A stretch of 64,000 nt of DNA, from assembly GCA_036172245.1 (NCBI GenBank), contig JAYWIR010000039.1, positions 62,001-126,000 on the forward strand. Reading direction: 5' to 3'. The translations under genes were made by a program, and so were the position numbers. The notes under the pieces were generated by a model that saw only the letters and a list, made by a program, of their open reading frames with translations, ran no database searches and was not told where the DNA came from. Shown here piece by piece: positions 1 to 12,700 of this stretch; position 1 is the first letter of the stretch, and each line of letters starts with the position of its first letter. The DNA is from Raillietiella orientalis (Eukaryota).

Positions 1-1094
1 CTGAATTCATATTTAATCGAGGACTTTTTGAATGATTTGCATTGAGGGACTTACTTCTTACTTGTTCAATAATAGAAGGCATTCTTGTTCATCATACATA
101 AAGTTGTGTAGTAAATGCTTGAACATGATATGATTCGTTACTCATTAAAATTATTTGTATGTAAGTAATTTTAAGAATCTTTATAAATGAAAGAAAGAAA
201 TCTCCAAACTAAATGTTTAATATTCTGGTTTATTTAGTCTTTGAGTGCAGGTGATGCTAAATAATTGATTCTAATGATTTCTTCGGAGCTGAGTTCGAAA
301 ACACAGTTTGCATGCAAAAAACAGTATACAACAATGGTGTTTAGAATATTTCAAGGGTTTGGATGTAAGAATTGCAAAGAGCATTTTCAGCACTTTGTAA
401 TTTATGTGCATGTAAACAGTTCATCTTGACCATCCCCCATCGTTCTAGAGCATTTTGAAAATTTTAGAATTAAAAAGCTTTTGGGTTAAAAGAAGATGCA
501 TTTTGATTTCAGATAATGTATCATGGGTTATAATTGTTGTTGAACTACTTTGTGTCACATAGCCTTTTGTTATAAAAAGGAGATACTATACTGTGATGGA
601 TTTGGGGTAAACAGGAGTTGACACCGTTCATTGCAAATCTTTGGTTCTTGCTGTTGTTTATAAAATTGGGGACACTCTAATATCCACTGTTTTCATTTTG
701 TAATCTGATAATAAATGCATGGATTTTCGTTCTCTTGAAAATAGTTGAATTATTGCTGTGTACACACACACACACAAAAAACATTTAAATGAACTTTTCC
801 AGTAAGTTGTTTGTGAGGATTCTCACTCAAAAACAAACGTATTTAGAGATGTATATTTTTTTTACCAGTTGATGAATGAAAAAGTGAGTTGGATGTCAAT
901 AATTAAAAAAGAGTTCATTTACTGAAGTGAACAATTCTAGCGTTTTTTGCTTTTTTCACAGACAAGAGAGAATGTAATATGATTGGTATTCATGCTATGT
1001 GTGAATTTTGGATATAAGAGACATGAGCATATGTTTGTACGAACATAGTAAATGTCTGAATTCTTTTTGTACTCATTTTGTTTGCATATTGTAG

Positions 1095-3816
1095 GATAAG
1101 TACGTGGCAGAGTTAAATGCATTGTTTGCTAAAGTAGATGAGAGAAGAAGAGTAAGGATACACTTCTGATGAGACTGAAACTATATCTTCATCTTCTGTT
1201 GCAGAAAAGAGAGATTCCGGATTACTTATGTGGAAAAATTAGTTTTGAAATAATGAAAGAGCCAGTTATCACTCCAAGTGGAATTACGTATGATCGTGAA
1301 GATATTGAAGAGCATTTGCAGGTATTTTTTCGAAACACGTGAAGATATGAAATTGTAATCTGATGTAATAGCAGGCGTTCCGGATATTGTCTTATTAGGA
1401 ATCGTGAGTTGTGTTATTGCAAGTTAAAATTATTTAAATGCTAATTACAGTAAGGTGGCTTCTAATTGCCTTCTCTTATGTTATAGCTGAAAGTTTGGTG
1501 TTTCTGTTTTTCGTGTTGATTTCGCCATTGTTATAAGAGTAAAAGCACCACAAGATAACAGAAGAGAAACAACAGACTGTTGAAATGCTTTTGAACAGTC
1601 TGTCTTTTAATTGTTATTAAGCAGCTGTTTAGATCCAAGCTGAAGAGCCACGTACCGTTATTTTTGTTGCTGTGTTTTGGGAAGCTTTAATTTCCTGGAA
1701 GTCTCGTTTTCTCGATCTCTCATAACTAAGTCTCCCATATTGAATTCATTCCTTTTTAATCTTTTTGTTCTTATGCACCCATTGGAACTGTGCGAAGCTG
1801 CTCAGTAAAGTTGAAGATTTTGATGTTTATCCATCAAGAATCCAGCCAAAGTGGTAGGATTCGTGTATATTATGAAAAGGTTCTGATCGTTGCGAGCCCT
1901 TTGTTCTTCTTTCTTATCGGCTACATCTTAAATTTTCAGCATTCTTCAAGTTGGAAATGTGATTTCTTGTTGGATTGCAAAAGCTACACCATATATTTGT
2001 CGTTTTCATGGATAGTATCAGTTGTCTTGAGGGTTAGTTGCCTTTTTTTTGTTTCCTTTATCTAGTTTCTTATGGATCCCTTTAGTTAATTTAACTGTGT
2101 GGAACCTGCAATCCCTTTCTAACGAAAATTGCTTTGCTGATCACTCCTTTAACATCCTCCATTACTTCTTTCTGCCTTGTAAACGACGCTGGAAGCGATT
2201 CGGAAATCATTTGCCATGTCGTTTCGCAGTTTCCAAGTACGGTTTCAGAAGTATGATGGATGGGGAATAATTCGAAAAATTACTGAATCTTACGAGTTGA
2301 ATTTTCAGCATAGCCTTTGTTTGTACTCTGAACGTATTTGTTTTATAGTCTTCGGCATTTTGAATATCCATTCCTATGAAGAAAAAGATTTTTTTTTAAT
2401 TTTTTTTTTTTTTTCAAAAGAATGGTGTTAAGAGTTTGTCATCTGTCAGCTGGGTCTCAAAAAATTTGTCAGCCGCCATTCTGTCATGATGATCAATCCT
2501 GTAGTCGGCTGTAATAGTTTCCTCATCTACGTAAAGCACTGCTATAGTCTTCTGTTTGTGTGTTTATACGCACTATGTTTTTTCTACGTATACACTAAGA
2601 GTTTTCATGTGTAATGGGATGTCTATTGAGGTTTCTCATAATTTCGAAGTCCATCCATATTTTTTTTTCGTTTCATTCCTCGAAATGAGAGCCATAGGTC
2701 ACCGTGCAAGGCAATTTATTATCGTGTTCCATAATATAGAACATGATTTTCCACTGATAAGCATGCATACTTTTGTCCAGATGTTTTGTTTTATTCTCGA
2801 TGGGTTAGGATGGTTGCTTTTATTTATTGGAATTGAGTTCAGCATTTTGGGTTTCCGTTTTTGATTCCCATCCTTATGATTTCTCCGATTACTTAGATTT
2901 TCATCTAGAGAATTGTAGTGATCCAATTTGTATCCAGAGACATCTTTTGCATCCTTCGTTTCCTCGGCGGCTCTGCCTGGAACTGCTTTTGTGATTGTAG
3001 TTGTGTTGTCATGCGTTTCCAATAAGAGAAAAAACAAAAAACAAAAAAAAAACAGTGGCCACATATTGGCTATGATTTCTTTTCCGGACGCTCGTTCGTA
3101 CTTTGAATCTTGTGCTCGTGTGCTAGTCCAAGTGCTGTCGATGGTAGTAGACGTACAGCCACCTAGACACGAAATTTTACTCTGCTCCTTCAGATAATGC
3201 CTCCCCCACCTGCTTATTGAAGATCTTAGTTAATTTGCGGGAAACTGGACTGCCTTCCGGCAAACGACTGGCTTTGGCATTTCATGGATGTTTTCTTGCT
3301 CCAGGGACACGCCGGAAACATGGCAGTAATATCGCGAACTTCCGGTTCCCACTGTAGCATTTATTCAGTGGTGCTTTTTGCATGAATGATTACATATTTC
3401 CTGTTTGGAGGGTTCTGTGCAAGTTACTATTACCGTATCGAACCTACCGATGCTGTATAGCATGCTTGAGAGCGAGAAAGGTGCCATGTTTTTACTACAG
3501 CCCCATGGATACCGTAGTATTAGCATTACTTTATGTTGCTCATTACTTTTATGATCGCAGATGCGAAGAGTAATGCTTTTGTTCTGTTTAAATACGCTTT
3601 TAACTTATTGCGCACATTATTTCAGAAATAAGAACTTTTCAGTGGAAGATTCTCCAATATTTTGAATCTAGAGGCCAATCTGTGTTTCAGAGAGTAGGCC
3701 ATTTTGATCCAGTCACCAGAACATCATTGACCCAAGATATGCTCATCCCGAATCTGGCCATGAAAGAAGTGGTGGATAGCTTTATCCTTGAAAATGAGTG
3801 GGCCTTGGACTATTAA
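1095..3816 (+). CDS. STUB1: E3 ubiquitin ligase CHIP, 3' part (last three exons: 1095-1151, 1205-1321, 3691-3816); upstream exons not identified in window
   Basis: Spliced translation [99 protein letters not shown] is the CHIP U-box C-terminus. GT-AG introns are phase-compatible; TAA at 3814-3816. Confidence 0.96.
3060..3560 (+). mobile_element. Highly decayed non-LTR retrotransposon fragment (ORF2 C-terminal region) in the last STUB1 intron
   Basis: More GC/CpG-rich than the flanking intron; faint resemblance to the LP-x-N...C..C...ET zinc-finger region near 3250-3330. Confidence 0.3.
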
Positions 3817-3934
3817 AACATCAATATCTATTACGAAATTCTTGTTTTCATGTCTGTAACCCAAATCATTCTTTTGATTCTGAAGTTCTGTCCACATTTT
3901 AAAGGACACTGAATGCTTAAACTCAGTAATAATC

Positions 3935-3940
3935 AATAAA
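3935..3940 (+). promoter_or_regulatory. Candidate polyadenylation signal of STUB1
   Basis: AATAAA about 120 nt after the stop codon. Confidence 0.5.
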
Positions 3941-4299
3941 TGATTGATCCAAGTGACTTCACATTATTTTGTAACGCATCCATATGGAAGAATAGCGGGT
4001 ACCCTGTAACATGTTGATGATCTTGAAGTTGTTTTTCGATCTTGAGGCCATTCATACTTGTTGAGATTTCGCCACCTTGTTTATGCGCACAAGGATGTTT
4101 ATACTTCACATCAGGGTTACAGGGTGGCCAACATCTTTCAGAGAGCACTCTAACGTTTCCACAAACTGGGTTTGCTAATTAATAAGTTGTTTAAAAACAA
4201 AATGTGTAAACAGATCGGCAGTATCGACTCGTTTCCGAGACTGCTTGAATTGAGAGAGAAATACGACGAAACCTTTGTACGTCTTCTGAATTAGGTATA

Positions 4300-6300
4300 A
4301 AGGAAGCAAAAATGAGAATGTTTTTCCCGTTCTAATCTTGCGGGTATCAGTCCCGAAGTTTACATTCTGTTTCTCTCAAGGTTCATTATTACATCCCACA
4401 TTATTCTATTGAACAGAGTAAAAAAGGAATGTTTAGCATCCTAGGCATGCTCGACACCAGTAGCGACCATGGGCACAATCAGAATTCTGTAGTTGTCTGC
4501 CATTCCATTGAGATAACAGCGTGTCACGAAGGGAATGCCCTCTGAAGGGCAGCAGTGGTCATAGCAATGTGTTTATGGATAAGTAGAGACTCTGACAGTT
4601 TGCTCTGCTGGAGTTAGAATTCAGTCATACTTGGAACGATGCTTGTGGGGCATTCCGATCGTTGCCTTGGAGGATTGAGGCTGGCAAAATCATTCAAAGT
4701 TCTGCTGAACAATGGTAAAATAAAATTTCGCTGTTTATCTCATGCTCATTTGAAGAGATCTCAGAGAATGGCGATTACGACGTTACAGCAGGTACACGAA
4801 GACAATTGAAAATACAAGAATACGGTTTCAAGTATGCGAATTTTCAGCGTGGCAACTGACGAAAGGACAAGTGGGATGTTATATAAACTCGAAGTTCAAC
4901 TCTTACACAAACTGGATCAACGATGAAGTCAGGAGCAAAAGTGCAAGGAAAGCGGTGGTCACAGATGTGCAAGACATAAATTGAAATGAAGGGGCATAAA
5001 ATATGAAGAGAATCCATCGATCGGGAGTCGAGAACAACTCAGAGTGAAGAAAACTGGCGCGGAAGCTCGATTCCCGATTAGAGAATGTTCCATTGGCACT
5101 CGTGCTAACCCTGCCGTCAGTGCTGGTCTTGGTTGTTGGCTAAGCTTTCCCTGCTGAGATGCGTTTTAATATCTGTCTGAAAAACGAGTGACTTCCGAAA
5201 CAACGAATTGGTATCTAGCGTCTCGTCACACCGAGTCAGACGAAGGCTATGGAGCGGACAGCTTGCTGCTTGTGATTGGATTAAACTGGCCTCTATGTGA
5301 CTCCTGCCCCGTCTTCTCGGAACGGAGCAGGGGTCACATGAGGGCCAGTTTCTCTTATGTAGAACCAGAGGATAGGTGGCGCAAGGAGCGAACCACCTTT
5401 CATGTTGAATGCCGTCAAGACGTGAAAAAGATTCACGAGGCGTTTCTCATGATTTTCATGAGACTCCAGCAGATTGCGGAACATGGGGCACACGAATAGA
5501 GACAGTGCGGCTGATTTGAACGGCATACGGAAAGATTGCGGGAAAGTGATACCGCAGCATCCTACTGATGGAATGAGACGACAGAGTTCACTGATGTTTT
5601 GAAGCGAGTGGAAAGTAGACATGGCGCGTTTTGAAAAATCGCGATTTGCGTGGCCAACATGGGTGCTTGATTACGACCTCCAAGCTATCAGAGTTTCCAC
5701 TGATGTTGTTCACCAGGTAAGAGATGTTCTGGAACGAATAATCCAAGAGGAAGTTCTCAGTGGAATTTTGAAAAGATCAGAAAAAATTATCTATCTTCAA
5801 CACGTTGCTGCTGGAAAGGCGTTCAAATCACAAGAATTCCACTGCGTCAGCGATTTGAATGAAACGAAGGCATCCGATAACGAAGCCAACCAAGAAATCT
5901 TACCTTTTGAATTCATACATGGCTTGGTCTGGAGGACTCTTTGTCCCTATAGCTTCCATGAGTAAAACGATGCAGGTGCCATTCAACTCTTGCTGTCCTG
6001 GAGATGGATGTGGGCTGCATCAACAGTCAAGAACTCGAGAGCGGAATGCTCTGCTCATGTTGAGCTCGGGAGTAAACACCAATGACGAATGCATCCGAAA
6101 TCCTCGCCTTTGAGACTCTGGTGGTTCACTATGTCTGTAACAGCTCGGTTGCCCCTTCTGCAATCAGGGAAGATGCCTCTTCGAGAAGCTTCCACTCAGG
6201 CTCAAGTTAACACTAAAATATGTAAGAAAGCTTCGAAAATCCAGAATCTATCTATTGGATTTTCAGCGGAACAAGTTACTGAAGACCCTTAAGAGGGACT
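4300..6300 (-). mobile_element. Decayed L1/Tx1-like ORF2 (AP endonuclease to RT), many stops and frameshifts
   Basis: Minus-strand remnants in the expected order: HIHLQDSK (resembles D-x-x-x-LQET, about 5985-6015), CDLNAF (resembles GDFN, about 5815-5832), and weaker RT-like remnants toward 4650. Confidence 0.45.
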
Positions 6301-8189
6301 AGGTGTCGAAGACTGAAACTAGAGCCTCAGTCGGCAAGCATTCCTTGGGGAGCACATTTCCATCACAGAGTGCAAAGCACTCAAAACACTCGAATGCAGA
6401 AATCAAGAAAGAATCTGCGTTTTGGTTTTCAGAGAAACTACCGACAAAAAATTCGTATATCTTGGTGAAACTGTGAGCCAGCAGTTTTATTTATCAATTT
6501 AGAATGATTAAGGCTGAGAGTTTGAAGTGCTAGATGGAAATATTTTTCAACAAATGGCCTCAGTTCAATGCTTCCGACCATGAATAATATTCACAGTACG
6601 ACTGCCCTGAGCACCAAACAAATCCTCAGAGATTGGAAACCTTCCATTCCCTCCTCATCTATGGTCACATGACTTCACAGTTTCATAGTTAGGGAGGCTC
6701 TGGAAGGGTGCCAGCTGAGGCATGGAGGTTCAAACAGCCGAAGTTCTGAATAATTAGACTTTACGAACTGCATGAAATCTGGGTTTTGAGAATTACTTCG
6801 AAATCGAAAGAAAATTGAGAGTTATTGAGCAATGTTCATGAGAGTATTTGAAAGAGTGAATTCAATAGTATAAAAGGTTGCTTCGTCTGTTACGAAATGA
6901 TTTTTTTTTTTTACTTTTTTTGTAGTTTGAGATCCATTTTATTATTCCTATGAAACCTTGATTTCTAAAGATGCATCGGTCTGAAGGGACAAAAGATTTG
7001 GCTTCATCTATTTAGCTCTCGAAATTAGAAATTTATAAACTCTAATTCTTGCAATAGGGAAAGCGTGCAAATATAGAATTGAAGTTCGAATCACATGCTA
7101 ATCTACAAAGGTGTACTGTCATCCAAGAGGTCAATTATTCTTAAAAGAAATTGTTTAATTTACTGAACTGCTGAGATCTGAATGAGCAAACTCATACTTG
7201 ATGAAACTAGGAAAGCTTAAAACGTTTAATGATATTCCCACTGTTGATTAGTTCAACTCGAAACTGGGAGGCGAAAACCACATGTTTTGTCTCCATAAAC
7301 ATGTGCAACTATTTCCAAAACAGTAGCTGATACCTTCTCAAGGGCAATGGAATAGTAGCTGGATGGGACTGGTTATCTACTATTTCTTTAGGAGTGCAGA
7401 ATGAACGCGAAGAAATTTGCCAATTTGATTTATTGGGCAAATTTCGAGTGCCCAATAAGTTGGACTTGAAATTTGCCCAACTCGCTGAACATTTCCGGTG
7501 CTAACATTTTTCCAAAATGTCCGTCAATGAAGACCAAGATCGTCTGTATGCATCAGATTCCAAATTAATAGTTTTTTTTTTTTTTTTTTGTCCATCAAAA
7601 TGACATGAGTTCTCGTCCTTTTCATTGTGGAAATAAATTTAAAACTCCTCCACACATTGAGTAAGCTTCAACCAAAGTTTGTGGAATACCAAATCGGTGC
7701 TGATTTCTTCTAGCACTGTGAGCTGTTTAAGAGCTAAAATCAGAAATCTGCTTCATACTCTAGGTCTCTCCCGCCTTCATCATCATGAATTCTTACTTAA
7801 AACGAAACACAATCACATTTCTCACTTTATTCATGCCTTTGTTTTTGAAACATGGAATCAAAACCCAAGAACAAACCTCATGTAATCGTCTTAAGAATCC
7901 TCAACTAAGCGGATATCCACCGAGCAAATCGGAGTTTCTTCCCTTCTCACTTGTCTCGGTGGAACTCACAGTTCACATACTGAAGTATTAGATGTTTTGT
8001 TGAATAAGAGTCAACGAAATCCGTTTATTTCAACTGATCATACACATTAAAAGGGTAGGTTAAACATCGTTACGGTTAAAATTTTCAATTCATACTAGAT
8101 TGTACGTTCAAGGCATGAATAGTGAATTTGCCTACGATTATTTTATATGCATACAATTGCAACCAATGTATTTGTATCTCAGCAATAAA

Positions 8190-9090
8190 GTTATGCTACA
8201 AACGTGGTTGAAATGCACCACGTTCGACGGAAGTTGGTTTAAGGGAGCGTGACCCGTTTCCTTCATAGGGGATGCAAGGTGGGAAGTGACTTGCTGTACA
8301 GCAGCAAAAACAAAACTTCTTGGAGAGTGGAAAACTCGGGAAGTGACGGACGATGCGACCCCGAGTGTTTCAGCCCACGGACTTGTACGCTGGGGAGAGC
8401 TGCTCGGCATCCTTCCGAAGAAGGTGAAGCGACCCCCAGCGTGCTGGAACAGTGCAATTCTCCCTCAAATGACAGGAGTCGGCGTTGCTGGTGTTCTGAT
8501 GTTGCATGAGGGAATCCTATGCAAGAAGGGGATCCCCCCACACTTGCTGTGGCTACCTTCTGACCCGTTTGGGATCGCCTCGCGACGATCCTAGGAAACC
8601 CGGCGGGCGGCCCCAGGGACGTTTGGAAACGCCTCTTCGCATGTGCCGCTCTGCTGCCAGCACCGTCCCCCGCAGTTCTCTGCTGTGCCCCCGTAATCGT
8701 GGCAACTTGGAACGCGGGAAGAAGGGCCCAGGGACGCCATCCACTGGGCTCAGATATTCCTGAAGACCACCTCGAGATGGTCCCACCTGGGCACTATCCG
8801 GACAGAAACTTGCCAGCATTCTGAACAGGATACCGGAGACGCCTAGCATCGTACCGTGATCCCTTCCTCGATCCTCTCCCCTCCCCATGTACAGATACCT
8901 CTTCCTTGTTTTGTTTGTTTATTTTTCTGTGTTTTGTTTTCCCTTCCCCCACTCTGCCTAAGTGGACCTCGACGGTCTGCCTACCGGTCCTCTGCAGGTT
9001 CACTGCGCGCGGTGGACCTTACGGCGCTACCACAAAAATGTATTTTTATTACTAACTTAATAAATGCCCCTGCATAACCAGGTGGGAATC
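8190..9090 (+). mobile_element. 3' end of an L1/Tx1-like LINE (ORF2 C-terminus plus 3' UTR), 5'-truncated
   Basis: LGEWKTREVTDDATPSVSAHGLVRWGELLGILP aligns with ELGGWTTGQLTDAETPSAAPKRLLRWGDLLGILQ (ORF 37249-37734, -) and at DNA level with 34570-35410. Shares the WxHL C-terminal motif, T-rich UTR and terminal TAATAAATGCCCC (9058-9070; also 35401-35413). Confidence 0.8.
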
Positions 9091-9797
9091 ATAGGGGATG
9101 GATTCCCTTTTTTTTTCTCTTTAGCGCAGTGCATACCTGCGGTTTTTTGTTGGACAGTTTGTTTCTGTTTGCTTAAGTTTTTTTCCATGCAACTGTTGTG
9201 ATAGCTGTGTAACCTTCGTTGAGAATATCTTCATTTCTTGTGGATGCCAGTATATCAGATGCCATCAGTATTGATGTCATGCCGGGGAATGAGACGACAA
9301 GTAATTTCAGTTCGAATATCAACTGCAAAGTCTATACTTATTTAATGCAGAATTGGAGGATTTCAGCATGGTTCCGTATTTCAATACATTTGGATATGAG
9401 CACGTTTTCACTTAGTTTGGTCGACACCTGGGACAAATTGTTCAATTTCAGCGATTTTGTATGGAGTAAAGTTGTACAAGTTACGCTAGATACATAATTG
9501 TCCAATCTTAGTTATGTAACTGCTTTGCAATAATTTTGCTTCCTGGGATATTACCGTAGTAGTCCCCGGTGTGGTGGAAGGGACATCTGTGAAATTCTCA
9601 TGCGGCTATCAAAAGTGCGGATTACTTGGAAGGATTTTTTTAAAATCATCTTGGTTCTCTTTGATTCACTTTGCTTTTATTGCAATCCGCTTTATTAAAA
9701 ATGATTTATTTGACATAGCTGTACAAGAATTTCTTGGAATCAGATGTCAAAGGAGCAAGCTTTTAATGTTTGCTGAATAAAAAAAATCCATGCTCTG

Positions 9798-12700
9798 ATG
9801 GAGTTGGTTGGAAATAATTGCTCTGTATGTAACAGTCGAAATTTCGAGTGTGTAAATGGATTCTATTACTGCTGTGTGTGTCAAACTCAGTCAGAAATAT
9901 TTGTGGAAGAACAGCTAGACTTTGAAGACAACATCAAATTCACCAAAATACGGAAGATAAAGGAGGATAAGCAAGTGAAATGTGAACCATTATCTGAGGA
10001 AACTACTCCAAGTAAGATGAAATACATAATGATTTTATTTCTCTTATTCAGAGGAAACTAGCGTATTAGTAATTGAAGCTTACACAATCATTCTGCATGA
10101 AATGGGTAAATTTTTAAGGAAAATGAAAGTCTCAAAATCTTTCAACAAACATCTACTGAAGTTTTGGATTTCTTTAATAAGGTATATATCAAGTTGTAAA
10201 GTTGATACATTATATACGGTGTCGATTCCAATTTTTATATAAACAAACTATAATCTAGCCAATCTGCATTTTTTCTATTTGAATTCATAAGTTGTGCTTG
10301 TGTATGTAATGATCACATCTCATATTCCTTAAGGTATGTGTTGAATGAACCTTTGTTTGCAGGAATATATCAAACTAATTGTATAGAGAGCGTTGAATTA
10401 AGGATGTATTAAGCAGTTTATTTGTAATAGTTGCAAAGAAATGATGTGGCAATGTAACTTTTTTTTTGTATTGATTAGATGTCCTATGCTAGATGTCAAT
10501 AGTGTACTCCTTGAATTTGTTTGCATTTATAAGGCGATATGTATTCTCAATTGGTGATTGAAGTTTTATATGCATAACAAACTTTAATTTTTTTCAACAT
10601 TGAGAGTCAACTGATATTGTAGTTGAGATCAAGAGGTGATAGTGAAATAAGAGAGTTCAGGGTATTCACAGAGTTGTAATCATATTTTACGGTAGTGGGA
10701 TTCTAGAAATGTGAATGTTTGTTCAGGAAGTTTTCGAAATGTAATTCTGGTTTTAGCTTTGTGGTGAGTAGTTTGTGTTTAGAAAAGTTTATGACTTTTG
10801 TATAACTAGGATAGTAATGATAGTTAACAAGAAAATGATAATGACATGAAGAGATTCAGTTTAAAGTGAGGTGAATCTGTTCAACAATCTAGTTGTGCTA
10901 TAGATGAGCATTCTATACTAAGAGAAACCGAATTGAAGAGCTATGTTTGTTGAAATATAGTAGTAAAGGATAAATTTAGTTTAGAACTCTTGAAAATGTA
11001 AATTTTCGAATTCATTTAAATGCACACTTTTCATGTGCTGGTAATTAGAAAGTTCAGTAAAGCTCTAAATGGCTGAAAACATATTATTGTACATTTAACT
11101 ATGGTAGCAGAATCGGGAAATTGATTATAATTCCAGCTAACTGATTCTTTTTAAGGTATTTGTACTTTTTTGACTGTTTGCACATCCTTGTTACATGTGA
11201 TGTATTTCAAAGATCCTAACCTTGTTATGAGAGCAGAGATTTTTATGGAAAACTAAGTTACGAGTATCATAAATGAAAATTTTGATAAAGAAATAAATAA
11301 ATTAAAAATGGAACAAGTTGGGAGGCATATTTTCAATAGCACAGATGTTTACATTGAAAATTTAGAACTTTCGAGAATAGTCACGTTTTCAAAACATTAT
11401 GCAAGAAAATTCTTAGTAGATATTTACTTATTTTAGTTACATGCATAGGTTTGTAATAAGAATTAAGATTAGTAGGTTTATGTTGTTTTTAATTTTGTTT
11501 TTTTTTTCTGATTGAATACTTTGTTCATAACTAGAAATACATCAACCAGCAATAATCAGAAATCATCATGCAGTGATAATAGCTGGATACTGACAAATTT
11601 CACCATGAAAACTGCTGTATCATTAGTGTATTTAGTTTTATTATTGATGAATGAACCATTTGAACTATATGATTTAATAAGGTAATTAGATTTGTTTGAA
11701 TACTTTCACTCTTGCAATTTGAATTTGATATCATTCTTTTTTATATTCACCAGATGGATTAGAGAAGGTCATTTCCCATATTTTGGAATAGTTAATTTTC
11801 TACCCAAAAGGCTAAGGACAGCAGTCATGAACTTGCGGAATTTCAGTAAGACATTTTTTGCTTTTCTTTCATCATGCATTTTTGCAAATAGGTAGTGAAT
11901 TCAATCAGTGCTTATTTTATAGGCAGCATTCAAATGTTTGTCTTGAGTAATTGTTATGCTTTGCTTATGATTGAGTGAGGTCATAACTGTAAACTTGCAC
12001 CATAAGCACATTATAAATAGTAGTGTTTTTCACCTCTACATAATAGGATTACTAAATTAATCAAGTTTTTGATGGTTACAAGTAACTAGCAGTTCATTTG
12101 ATTAGTGGATATTGTCATTATCGTGGAAGAAGTTGGAGGTACAGCTATAAAGGCGTATTTGATTAAATTTTAGGTTTAGGAAAAGTGGAAGACGAGTTTA
12201 GTAGATAAGAGGAAATTATTCTAGTGGGGCATTGTCTTCATGTTTAATGAAATTGCGAACATTTGTAGAACAGAACAAATTAATAAATAGCACAATGGGA
12301 TTGAAGAAGTAAGAGAGCAAATCTTTTTTATATATGGCACTTAGTTTCCATTACTTCCTTGAAATATGAATGACATTACCTATATCTAAGCAAAAGCTTT
12401 CTCAGCTGTTCATTCAGTGGACAATTCAAAGCAGTTCATTTAGTTTATGAAATAAGGTGAAGCTGGTAAAGTGAATTAACTTAAAGTTGGAATTATTAGG
12501 TGTTTATTTACAAAAGATAATTATTTCTCTATTTAATGTGGTAGTTTCTGAAATATCAAATAATTTCGGCAGTAAAGTCAAGTACATTGAATTTCATTCA
12601 GTAAGATTGTATTAGCTCAGAATTAATAGGAAAGGTTATCAAACACATTCTAAAGAACTGCCATTATGTCACATATGTAATTACAGAATTGTAGAAGGTA

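Noticed and set aside
1166..1181. Hammerhead-like CTGATGA..GAAA in a STUB1 intron
   Set aside because: Only 4 nt lie between the core motifs, so stem II cannot form; no stem I or III partners.
11257..11436. Stop-free stretch in TAF1B intron 2 that could be an extra exon
   Set aside because: No phase-compatible acceptor avoids the upstream TAA, and the flanking exons already splice in frame.
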